15,897 bases of DNA from Fidelibacterota bacterium (GTDB lineage Bacteria; Fidelibacterota; Marinisomatia; Marinisomatales; JABMOV01). The stretch lies in contig JBHHUC010000054.1 in NCBI GenBank assembly GCA_046861395.1, forward strand, positions 1 through 15,897. Reading direction: 5' to 3'. The position numbers and the translations under genes were made by a program. The notes beneath the pieces were generated by a model. That model was not told the DNA's origin and searched no databases. It was given only the letters and a program-made list of their open reading frames with translations. The stretch's first letter is position 1, and the number at the start of each line of letters is the position of its first letter. Below are positions 7,124 through 15,354 of this stretch, piece after piece.

Positions 7124-9118
7124 ATGGAATCCCATACTATTCCCATCCTGTTCTATGTATTTGCATTCATCGCCATTGTGGTTTTTGCGACGGGATTGCG
7201 AAAACTGTTCCTGGTCAGGCGGGGTCGGGCCGAAGCCATTGATATGTCCTGGGGCCGGATGATAACAAATGCCCTGGTTTTCGGTGTGGGACAGAAAAAG
7301 GTGTATCGCAGGCGGTTCACCTACGAATCATGGATGCATGGCTTATTGGCCTGGGGCTTTTTTGAATTGTTTTTTGCCACCACCGTTGATTTCTTTCAGG
7401 CTCGTGGCTGGTTTTCTCAATACCTGCCGGGGTTGGATACTCCCTGGTTTGCCTTTCTGAATGATCTGGGCGGCCTGTTCCTTTTTCTGGGACTGATGAT
7501 GGCTTTGTTTCGTCGCCTGGCAAATAAACCGGAGACCTTGCCGCAGGATACCTGGCGGGGCCGGGGACTGGTCCTGGGTGATACGGGGATTCTCCTATTT
7601 CTCCTTTTACTGGTTATCGGAGGATTTCTGTCCGAATCGGCCCGGTTAGCCGACATGGATCCGGGAACGGCTTCCTGGTCCTGGATCGGTTACACCATCA
7701 CCCGGGCCTTACCGGTGGATTTCTGGACCGCCTGGGAAAAAACACTGTGGTGGTTTCATGCCGTAACGGCCCTGAGCTTCATTGCCATCCTGCCTCATAC
7801 GAAAATGTTCCATGCCGTGGCCGTGCTGGTCAATATTGCCGTCACGGATGAACGTAAACGACGGGATATTCCGGCCATGCATGTGGCGCAGCTCATGGTA
7901 GACCCTGATATGGATCCTGATGCCATCACGCTGGGCGCCAGTAAAGTGGAAAACCTGACCTGGACACAATTACTCAACGGACTGGCCTGTACGGAATGTG
8001 CCCGCTGTACCATGGTCTGTCCGGCCAGTGCCACCGATAAATTATTATCACCCATGAAAATCATTGGCGATGTTCGTCAGAGCCTGTTTGAGAGTTCATC
8101 GGACACGCCTTTGTCGGGTGGGCGAATCAGTGAAGAAGAACTTTGGTCCTGTACGACCTGCGGGGCCTGTATGGAAGAATGTCCCGTTCTCATTAATCAC
8201 GTTCCCATCATTACCGAATTCCGGCGTCATCTGGTACTCAGTGAAGGAAAACCACCGGTTCAGGCCAGTGAACATCTAGAAAACATAACCAATACCGGCA
8301 ATCCCTGGGGACTGTCCGACCGGTTGAAATGGGCCTGGGACGGGGAATTGAATCCGCCTTTGCTGGCTGAAAAGAAAACGACCGATGTCCTGTATTGGGT
8401 AGGCTGTGCCGGCGCCTTTGATCCCCGGAATCAGCAGGTCGCCCGCTCCATGGTTCATATCTTGGAGGCCGCCGGAGTGGATTATGCCATTCTGGGTGAG
8501 GAAGAAACCTGTACCGGAGATTCGGCCCGGCGCTTAGGTGAGGAATATCTCTTCGAAACTATGGCCCTGCAGAATATTGAAACCCTGAATCAATATTCCT
8601 TTAACCGGATCGTAACACCCTGTCCCCATTGCCTGCATACGCTGAAGAATGAATACACGGCCTTTGACGGACATTATGAAGTGAATCACCATACGCAATT
8701 CATTCAGGAATTATTGGAAATGGGAGCATTGTCGGTCAAGCAAACCGTAGTACAGCGGCTGACTTATCATGATCCCTGTTATCTGGGGCGGTATAACCAT
8801 GAATACGATGCTCCGCGAGATGTCTTAGGCTCCTTATTGACACCATCCAATTCGCTGGTGGAAATGGAACAGTCCAAATCGGAAAGTTTCTGTTGCGGCG
8901 CCGGTGGCGGCAATATGTGGCATGAAATCGACCGGGGTCAGCGGATCAATCTGGAACGCTTTGATCAGGCACTGAACTCAGGAGCGGATGGTGTTGTTAC
9001 AGCCTGCTCATTCTGTTCCATCATGATGGATGATGCTATGAAAGTCCGGGGCAAGGAAGATACTTTCCAGGTCCGGGATGTGGCCGAAATGGTTGCCGAA
9101 CAGTTGACCACATCCTGA
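7124..9118 (+). CDS. fadF: Membrane Fe-S oxidoreductase, FadF/EtfD/EMO (ETF:quinone oxidoreductase, HdrD/GlpC-like) type
   Basis: N-terminal multi-TM domain with candidate heme b His (WMHG, WFHA, MFHA); CTECARCTMVCP and CTTCGACMEECP 4Fe-4S motifs; two CCG domains (YWVGC...TPCPHC; YHDPC...FCCGAGGG...TACSFC); directly after etfBA. Confidence 0.9.
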   Translation: MESHTIPILFYVFAFIAIVVFATGLRKLFLVRRGRAEAIDMSWGRMITNALVFGVGQKKVYRRRFTYESWMHGLLAWGFFELFFATTVDFFQARGWFSQYLPGLDTPWFAFLNDLGGLFLFLGLMMALFRRLANKPETLPQDTWRGRGLVLGDTGILLFLLLLVIGGFLSESARLADMDPGTASWSWIGYTITRALPVDFWTAWEKTLWWFHAVTALSFIAILPHTKMFHAVAVLVNIAVTDERKRRDIPAMHVAQLMVDPDMDPDAITLGASKVENLTWTQLLNGLACTECARCTMVCPASATDKLLSPMKIIGDVRQSLFESSSDTPLSGGRISEEELWSCTTCGACMEECPVLINHVPIITEFRRHLVLSEGKPPVQASEHLENITNTGNPWGLSDRLKWAWDGELNPPLLAEKKTTDVLYWVGCAGAFDPRNQQVARSMVHILEAAGVDYAILGEEETCTGDSARRLGEEYLFETMALQNIETLNQYSFNRIVTPCPHCLHTLKNEYTAFDGHYEVNHHTQFIQELLEMGALSVKQTVVQRLTYHDPCYLGRYNHEYDAPRDVLGSLLTPSNSLVEMEQSKSESFCCGAGGGNMWHEIDRGQRINLERFDQALNSGADGVVTACSFCSIMMDDAMKVRGKEDTFQVRDVAEMVAEQLTTS

Positions 9119-9131
9119 ACGCGGCGGGCAG

Positions 9132-10691
9132 ATGCATCATACAACCATGACGACGGGTACGGATCCGGGCACGGGAGTGGTTTATACGGAGCAACGGGTC
9201 GCCTGCATTATGGTCAGGGAAGCAATGCGGAGTCGGTTGGCTATTCATTTTTCCGGCAGCGAAAATCAGATCGATCAATTCATGAATGGGTCGATGGATA
9301 CCGACCGGGCGCAAACCTGGCTGCAAACCGTTCGTGCTTTTTCTTTCCTTGACCCGGCCGTGGGAGAAGGAATCTTTATCCGTGAATACATTCACTGCCT
9401 CAAGAATCTTCACCGGCTTTATCAGGTCTGGCAACCAGATGATTGGATTCCGGATAATCTCACCGGATTTGAAATTGATGAAACCGTTCCGAACAGGGCT
9501 GGTTCCTGTCCCTGGCAGGAAAAGATAAGGTATGAAGATTATCTGTTGTCGCCGGTACCCCCGGTTGATATCATCGTCGGTAATCCGCCGTACATTCGCC
9601 AGGAATTAATCGACCGGACCTATAAGGACCACATATTCCGCCTGGTTCAGAATCAATGGCCTGAACTGACCCTGAATAAACGGATGGACATGTATGCCTA
9701 TTTTTTATTCAAGGCCCTGGCGGATCTGAAACCAGGCGGAGTGTGCACGTTTATCATTCCCAACACCTGGCTGGACAGTGACTACGGGGCTGCGATCCGG
9801 CACCTGGTGAGTACCGGCCTTGAATTGGTGGCTATCACCGATTCCCGTCACCGCCACTTTGCGGTGGATGTAAATACCGTCATCGTAACCTTCCGCAGGC
9901 GTAAACCGGGTTCATCCATCCTGTTGCGAGTGGACCGGTCAGAACATGAATTGCCGGTGAGAATACTGCGTCAGCTGGATCTGCCCTGGAGCGGATGGAT
10001 TTTTCGTTGTCCGGATTGGGTCCGCCAATTACTGGACGGCGACCAGTTTCAACCTTTGGATTCACTGTTCCATATCAAAACGGGAATCATTACGGGAAAT
10101 AATGCCCGCTATTATTCTGAGAAAAATGATCGTGGTGAACCGGCGCTCAAATCACCGCGTGAGGTAAAATCCATTCTCTGGGAAAAAGAACAGGCCCGGT
10201 ACTATGTGCAGAATGATCATATTCCGTATACGATGAAAAAGGCACCTTTGTTGTGGCCGGATCTGCGGGGCAGCCGTCATGTAGTGGTTTGGAATCGGGA
10301 TAACCTGGCCTTTGAACATACGTTTTATGGATTGGAGCCGTTGGTAGGAGAGGAAAAAAAATGGGCGTTACTGTTGAATTCAACCTGGGTTTGGCTCATG
10401 GTTGAGATTTTCGGCCGCCATAATTTAGGCGGTGGCGCCATCCGACTGGTGAAATCAGGGTTACGTACATTACCGTTGCCCATTTTTGCTCACGGAGCTT
10501 TACCGGAAGGAGTGGACACCATGCTGACCCGTCCGATCGGGAATGGTGATCAGGAATTATCCCAACCTGATCGGCGGCGTCTGGATCGCTGGATCCTTCG
10601 TTCCCTGGGCCAGGAAAAGTATCTGGATCAATTATACGCTGACACTAGTCGTTTAATGTCTTACCGGATAAAAAAGGCTGCCCGGTCGTGA
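9132..10691 (+). CDS. N6-adenine DNA methyltransferase, gamma class (TaqI/Eco57I-like), with C-terminal target-recognition region
   Basis: Motif X GVVYT, motif I FLDPAVGEGIF, motif II GFEID, motif IV IVGNPPY, motif V DMYAYF, motif VI GGVCTFIIPNTWL; no N-terminal nuclease domain visible. Start may be ATG 9147. Confidence 0.88.
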   Translation: MHHTTMTTGTDPGTGVVYTEQRVACIMVREAMRSRLAIHFSGSENQIDQFMNGSMDTDRAQTWLQTVRAFSFLDPAVGEGIFIREYIHCLKNLHRLYQVWQPDDWIPDNLTGFEIDETVPNRAGSCPWQEKIRYEDYLLSPVPPVDIIVGNPPYIRQELIDRTYKDHIFRLVQNQWPELTLNKRMDMYAYFLFKALADLKPGGVCTFIIPNTWLDSDYGAAIRHLVSTGLELVAITDSRHRHFAVDVNTVIVTFRRRKPGSSILLRVDRSEHELPVRILRQLDLPWSGWIFRCPDWVRQLLDGDQFQPLDSLFHIKTGIITGNNARYYSEKNDRGEPALKSPREVKSILWEKEQARYYVQNDHIPYTMKKAPLLWPDLRGSRHVVVWNRDNLAFEHTFYGLEPLVGEEKKWALLLNSTWVWLMVEIFGRHNLGGGAIRLVKSGLRTLPLPIFAHGALPEGVDTMLTRPIGNGDQELSQPDRRRLDRWILRSLGQEKYLDQLYADTSRLMSYRIKKAARS

Positions 10692-12442
10692 AACATTTTT
10701 ATTATTCCTTCGAAAAAAACGGAATGTTTCGTTTTACGCCGGACAAAATTACCGGTCTCAATGAATTTGAAAAATATCAATTATCCTTTCATCCTGAACG
10801 TCCCAAATATCTGGATTATCTTCTCCTTTTTTCCCATGCTGAAGAAGTGCTGCAATCTCCGGAACACGGCAGTTGCCTGATACAAACCCACCGGGCGGAA
10901 TTTCATGTTAACGGGACGGTCTATCCTGTCATGTTGATTGGTCAGCAATCGGGACCAACCTCCGATTACAGGAAATTAATACGGTTTCTCCAGGATAAGG
11001 AAGCCATGCAGACCTGGAATCATGGCATGCCCACGCCGGCAGCCTATGAACGGGCAATCCGGGCAATTGAACTTGCCAACAAAGAAAAGCGTCTGATTAT
11101 AACGGTGGTGGATACGCCGGGCGCCGATCCTACGGAAGCATCCGAGGCCGGTGGAATTGCCTGGAAAATTGGGAAAACAATTCAGGAATTGGTGGAAACA
11201 CCCATGCCCACTGTTTCGATCATCATTAACCGGGGCTGCAGTGGCGGCGCGATTGCATTGACTGGTTGTGACCTGGTCCTGGCTATGGAGCATTCGACGT
11301 ATTTGGTCATTACTCCGGAAGCCTGTTCTTCCATTCTATTTCATACCCGGTCCCGCGCCAACGAAGCGGCGGAAATATCCCAAATTCTATCCCGGGAAGG
11401 GTATAAACTAGGCATTGTGGATGAAATCGTACCTGAACCGGAAGCCCCGGCACACCGGAACAGGGAAGGAGCCTTTGCGGCCCTGAAAGAGTCATTGTCG
11501 GTTCATATCCCCCAGTTATGGAACATGGGAGAAGCCGAGCGCTTCCAGGCCCGAATCCGTCGCTGGGCCGGTATGGGCCACTGGGGTGAAGCGAAAAAAG
11601 ACTTTATCCGTACGATTCAAAAACCGACTTCGCGGTTGCCCAAAGCAAACGGTAACGGGTATCTGGCCCGCCACAAAGGTTGCTACGATTCTGCCGGGAA
11701 ACGTCATTATGATCCGGTGCGCCTCTCAACATTAGAAGCCAATAATTATACCTGCGAAGTTTGCGGTCATCGCTATGTCCGTCCCTCGGCATGGGATTAT
11801 ATGGATATCATTCTGGATCCACAATCATTTGAGGAGCATGAAGCGACGCGCAATATCGTTGATAAGGATATTCTTCAATTTCCCGGTTATCTGGAACGGA
11901 TTGAGCAGGTGCAGAAAAGTACCGGCCTGGCGACGGCCATGATAACGGGCAACGGTACAATCAGTGGGAAACCAGTGGTCTATTGCGGTACGGATTTCGG
12001 TTTTCTGGGTGGATCATTCTGTATGAGCACCGGCGAAAAGATCTGGCGGGCGGCTGAGATTGCCATCGCGTCTGAAAAACCCATGGTGTTGCAGGCTTGC
12101 GGCGGCGGAGCCAGAATGCATGAAGGGTGTTCATCCATGGTGAGCATACCAAAAGCCCATCTTGCCCTGACGCGCGTTGAACGCGCCGGATTGCCTGTCA
12201 TTACACTTATTACGGATCCCACCTTGGGCGGGGTTGCCATTGGATACGGTTCCCGGGGCATCCGGATTTTTGAATACAATGCCGGGAATATCGGATTTTC
12301 AGGAAAGCGGGTCATTGAACAATATACTGGCAAGAAGACATCACGAAACTTTCAGAAGACCCATTGGCTGGAACGGCACGGACATGTGGATTATGTAGGT
12401 TATCCGCAACGTATCCGGGAACAAATTTGTGAATTTATCTGA
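10688..12442 (+). CDS. Fused acyl-CoA carboxyltransferase: AccA-like N-terminal half plus AccD-like C-terminal half, divergent
   Basis: AccA-like HPERPKYLDY, GMPTP, DTPGA, SGGAIAL, VITPEAC, GIVDEIVPEP; AccD-like FLGGS, GEKI, GGARMHEG, TDPTLGGV, IGFSGKRVIEQ, HGHVD. GTG start overlaps the MTase stop (GTGA). Confidence 0.88.
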   Translation: MKHFYYSFEKNGMFRFTPDKITGLNEFEKYQLSFHPERPKYLDYLLLFSHAEEVLQSPEHGSCLIQTHRAEFHVNGTVYPVMLIGQQSGPTSDYRKLIRFLQDKEAMQTWNHGMPTPAAYERAIRAIELANKEKRLIITVVDTPGADPTEASEAGGIAWKIGKTIQELVETPMPTVSIIINRGCSGGAIALTGCDLVLAMEHSTYLVITPEACSSILFHTRSRANEAAEISQILSREGYKLGIVDEIVPEPEAPAHRNREGAFAALKESLSVHIPQLWNMGEAERFQARIRRWAGMGHWGEAKKDFIRTIQKPTSRLPKANGNGYLARHKGCYDSAGKRHYDPVRLSTLEANNYTCEVCGHRYVRPSAWDYMDIILDPQSFEEHEATRNIVDKDILQFPGYLERIEQVQKSTGLATAMITGNGTISGKPVVYCGTDFGFLGGSFCMSTGEKIWRAAEIAIASEKPMVLQACGGGARMHEGCSSMVSIPKAHLALTRVERAGLPVITLITDPTLGGVAIGYGSRGIRIFEYNAGNIGFSGKRVIEQYTGKKTSRNFQKTHWLERHGHVDYVGYPQRIREQICEFI

Positions 12443-12540
12443 ACGATATCTCGCAGGGTGGTGGGAGAGAAAATAATCAGTTTCGGTGTCTCCCTGATGA
12501 ATAATTAGCCCTGGGGGAAGCCTGCTGAAGAGGTGTATCG

Positions 12541-13041
12541 ATGAAAAGACCCAGCATGTATGATCACCATGAAAAAAGTCTTAAAACATTCGTCGAATTA
12601 TTTAATGCGGCCGAGGACGGATTGCCACTGGTTATGCAAATATATCAGACGGAGAATTACCGTGATGACGGCATCATCGTCAATACCCGTACCGGAAAAC
12701 GCATTGCCTTCGACTGGGAAATCCGGGATAAGTATTTTGAACACGGTGTATTCAAATTTGATACGTTGGGGCAATTCGAGCGCAAAATCAAGAAAGACGA
12801 AATCGGCTTGTCCCTACAATGTGACAAACAAGAATCAGCTGTTCTGGTTGCATGGCATCAGGATTGGCGACGGGAAAAACCGCAGACCGTTCGCTTGAAA
12901 ACCGATTTCCCTGCCAAAGAAAGGGGAACGATCCGTACCACGCGTCATTTCAAGATTTATCGTTATGGCGCCATAACCGAATTTCGGTCCATGATCCACC
13001 GGGCCCTGCAATCAGGGTGTTTTGATCATGGCGTATTTTAA
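12541..13041 (+). CDS. Hypothetical protein, possible PD-(D/E)xK-fold nuclease
   Basis: 166 aa, GAGGTG SD; D43...D58-W-E60-I-R62 after a beta-hairpin-like stretch, then FDTLGQFERK. Coding status is well supported; the nuclease call is tentative. Confidence 0.55.
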   Translation: MKRPSMYDHHEKSLKTFVELFNAAEDGLPLVMQIYQTENYRDDGIIVNTRTGKRIAFDWEIRDKYFEHGVFKFDTLGQFERKIKKDEIGLSLQCDKQESAVLVAWHQDWRREKPQTVRLKTDFPAKERGTIRTTRHFKIYRYGAITEFRSMIHRALQSGCFDHGVF

Positions 13042-13051
13042 CGGACCATAC

Positions 13052-13390
13052 TCAGGGACGTCGGGATGGTGGCTCCTTTTCTCCCCGGTGGCAGGTCCAG
13101 CAACTGATTTTTGGTTCATCGCTCCAGGAGAATACATCCTCATTTAGGTGTTGTGTCATTTGAATCATCCCGCGGGCAATTTTTTTCCGTTTGGTATCGA
13201 TGGATTTATCGTTTAGATCGTGGCAATAAGCACATTTTACACCTAAATCCTTGGCAATACTTTTCATGAAGGGTTTCAGTTCTTTTTCTGTTTTGAAATC
13301 CAGAACCTGTAGATTTTTGAATGATGACTGTCCCAATAGCAGGGACGATGAAAGAAGAAGGCCAAAGGCCATCATTTCCAATGTTTTCAT
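13052..13390 (-). CDS. Small exported diheme cytochrome c (photosynthetic reaction-centre cytochrome c/PufC-like segment family)
   Basis: Signal peptide; FKNLQVL; M...CAYCH and M..M...CWTCHRG; AAAGGAG SD. Confidence 0.88.
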   Translation of the reverse strand: MKTLEMMAFGLLLSSSLLLGQSSFKNLQVLDFKTEKELKPFMKSIAKDLGVKCAYCHDLNDKSIDTKRKKIARGMIQMTQHLNEDVFSWSDEPKISCWTCHRGEKEPPSRRP

Positions 13391-13403
13391 GGTTTCTCCT
13401 TTA

Positions 13404-14498
13404 TTAAAACCAGGTGTGTAGTTGTATGATATATTCCGGTGCGTTACCGATATCGTTTAAAATGGTATTGGCCCGGTATGCCCGGACCTGGAAAAGAATT
13501 TCCACCAGGGGAACGGGGAAATAATCAATTCCCGTCGTGAAACGGGAAAGACTACCGGTTTTCAGGGCTTGATCGGGATCAACGAATTCATAGGTGCCTG
13601 TTACATGAAACCCCTGAATTACGGTCCAGGTGAATTCTTCGTACAGGACAAGTGATTGGATGTGATTGTTGGCTGTGACCCTGTTGATTTCAGCCAACAA
13701 CGTAAAGTGGGGATTCCCGATTCCTCCGGACAAACCGACCAAGTGTTGATCATTCTGTTGCATATATTGCAGTGAAATCTGATGACGACTGAATGGATTA
13801 TGTCCATAAAGCTGTATCATGCCGGTAAAGGTAGTGAATCCTGGCTCTACTGCCGGAGCAAGACTTTCACCGGCACTGACAGTAAAGCGAATATTATGTT
13901 TCACCGTAAAGCCGCCTTCAACAAGGACTGGTTTACGGGCCGTCGGTGAAAAGGGTAGAAAATTTGTGATGATGCCATAAGACTGACGCACAGCGCCACC
14001 CCGGATAAATGCAGAATGATTGTCTAGTCGTAACCCGTAATTGGGCAAGGCTTTCCCAACTTTAAGCCATCCGTTTCGGTCACCGCTCTGAAACAGTGCC
14101 CAATATTCCTGACCATAACCACCGGGGCTCAGGTCGGCTTCGACATAGAATCCCAGCTGTCGGGACAGGAAAAGCCAGCCATAGATTTCAGCCTGCATGG
14201 GAATCAGCCGGTTTTCGCGGCGCAGGTTTTCTTCATAGGAGAAGGCTTGGACCCGGAAATCGCCGCCGACACGCAGGAAATCATTCAGGATGCCGCTGTA
14301 ATTATCAGGATAAAACCGGGAATTGTCACTGGCCGGAAGTTCGTCCAGGGAAACAATCTCAATGCCGTGACTATTTCGCAGGGCTCCACCCGTCGGGTTG
14401 ATATGACAAGCGGAACAGAGCGTCCCGTTTTCAAGTGCAATGCGGGGAGTGGCGAGCATCAGACTGCCGTATGTCAGAAAAATGAAATTATACTTCAT
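13404..14498 (-). CDS. Outer-membrane beta-barrel with an N-terminal monoheme c motif (cytochrome-porin fusion, Cyc2-like architecture)
   Basis: Short signal peptide, then TPRIALENGTLCSACHINPTGG; alternating amphipathic strands; C-terminal IIQLHTWF beta-signal ending in Phe. Confidence 0.75.
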   Translation of the reverse strand: MKYNFIFLTYGSLMLATPRIALENGTLCSACHINPTGGALRNSHGIEIVSLDELPASDNSRFYPDNYSGILNDFLRVGGDFRVQAFSYEENLRRENRLIPMQAEIYGWLFLSRQLGFYVEADLSPGGYGQEYWALFQSGDRNGWLKVGKALPNYGLRLDNHSAFIRGGAVRQSYGIITNFLPFSPTARKPVLVEGGFTVKHNIRFTVSAGESLAPAVEPGFTTFTGMIQLYGHNPFSRHQISLQYMQQNDQHLVGLSGGIGNPHFTLLAEINRVTANNHIQSLVLYEEFTWTVIQGFHVTGTYEFVDPDQALKTGSLSRFTTGIDYFPVPLVEILFQVRAYRANTILNDIGNAPEYIIQLHTWF

Positions 14499-15197
14499 TT
14501 AATTGTCCAGAGCTCCTTCATTGATCCAAGTCTCAAGGGTGGCTATATCTGCAGTGGGAATGGTACTGCCCAGGGGCATTTTCTGACCGAAATCAGCCGT
14601 CCCTTTCAGTTTCTGGATAATGACTGAATTGGCTCCGTCCCCGGGCGTTACCACCGGGCCGTGCAGGGAATTCCCGGCCATGAGATCGGCATAAGAAGCC
14701 AGACTGAGTCCGCCGGAATTTCCGTGGCAACCTACACAATTCAGATTGAAAATAGGCTGAACTTCGGCGGCATAGGACACGGGACTGAGGGTAAGCGTAA
14801 TAGCGATGCTCACCCGCCCGGTGGGAGATTGGGGATCATTGGACGAAAAGAATAAAGCCAGAGAATCCAGAGCAGCGGAAAGGGGATTGATTTCAATGAA
14901 TATCGTGTCTCTTTCATCCGGTGCCAGGATTAGAGTATCAGAAGGATCTAGGGATAAATTCAGAAAGGCGGAATCCGGTTCCAGAACCCAGTTCCAGAGC
15001 ATTAAATCCTTGCCACCGTTATTGGCGACCGGAATGGCAATGCGGGCCGTTTCGGTTTCGGTGGCAAACGTTGCATGGATTGTTTCCGGGACCAGAATCC
15101 CAGGATTTTGTACCGGAATCTGACCAAAGTCCGAGCAACCGGCAATGAAAACCAAGCCGAGAAGCAGTCCGTGGGAAGCATGAATGATACGATTCAT
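14499..15197 (-). CDS. Lipoprotein with an Ig-like domain and a C-terminal planctomycete-type monoheme cytochrome c
   Basis: Lipobox FIAG-C21; NNGGKDL...LAPDE...SSNDP Ig-like pattern; VSYAAEVQPIF...CVGCH...VTPGD...KMP...LETWINEGA. Confidence 0.85.
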   Translation of the reverse strand: MNRIIHASHGLLLGLVFIAGCSDFGQIPVQNPGILVPETIHATFATETETARIAIPVANNGGKDLMLWNWVLEPDSAFLNLSLDPSDTLILAPDERDTIFIEINPLSAALDSLALFFSSNDPQSPTGRVSIAITLTLSPVSYAAEVQPIFNLNCVGCHGNSGGLSLASYADLMAGNSLHGPVVTPGDGANSVIIQKLKGTADFGQKMPLGSTIPTADIATLETWINEGALDN

Positions 15198-15294
15198 TTG
15201 ATGGTCTGAATATTGATGCTATTGAGATTAATATGCAATAAGGAAATTTATAATTTGCAAGAATGTCGTATTCCGGACCGAACCAATTGGAATT

Positions 15295-15312
15295 CTTAAC
15301 GTTGACGTTAAG
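15295..15312. promoter_or_regulatory. Palindromic operator-like site CTTAACGT-TG-ACGTTAAG
   Basis: Perfect 8-bp inverted repeat with a 2-nt spacer, overlapping the -35 TTGACG, in a divergent intergenic region. Confidence 0.6.
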
Positions 15313-15330
15313 TCATTGTTGTTGTAAACT
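15302..15330 (+). promoter_or_regulatory. sigma70-type promoter for the right-end gene
   Basis: TTGACG (15302-15307), 17-nt spacer, TAAACT (15325-15330); GAGAGGA SD at 15344-15350. Confidence 0.7.
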
Positions 15331-15354
15331 ACCTGTAAATCAAGAGAGGATTCT

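Noticed and set aside
9116..12442. Selenocysteine read-through or frameshift fusions at the TGA stops of the oxidoreductase, MTase and carboxyltransferase
   Set aside because: Each protein looks complete at its stop, and no SECIS-like hairpin or slippery site was evident.
12443..12540. CTGATGA and a GGGAGA/TCTCCC stem in the intergenic region suggested a hammerhead ribozyme or fluoride riboswitch
   Set aside because: No GAAA core with matching stems, no GATGG...TTC fluoride motif or pseudoknot, and no U tract for a terminator.
13052..13390. PufC-like cytochrome as evidence for phototrophy
   Set aside because: Only a diheme segment, a family also found in non-phototrophs; no puf or bch genes in the window.
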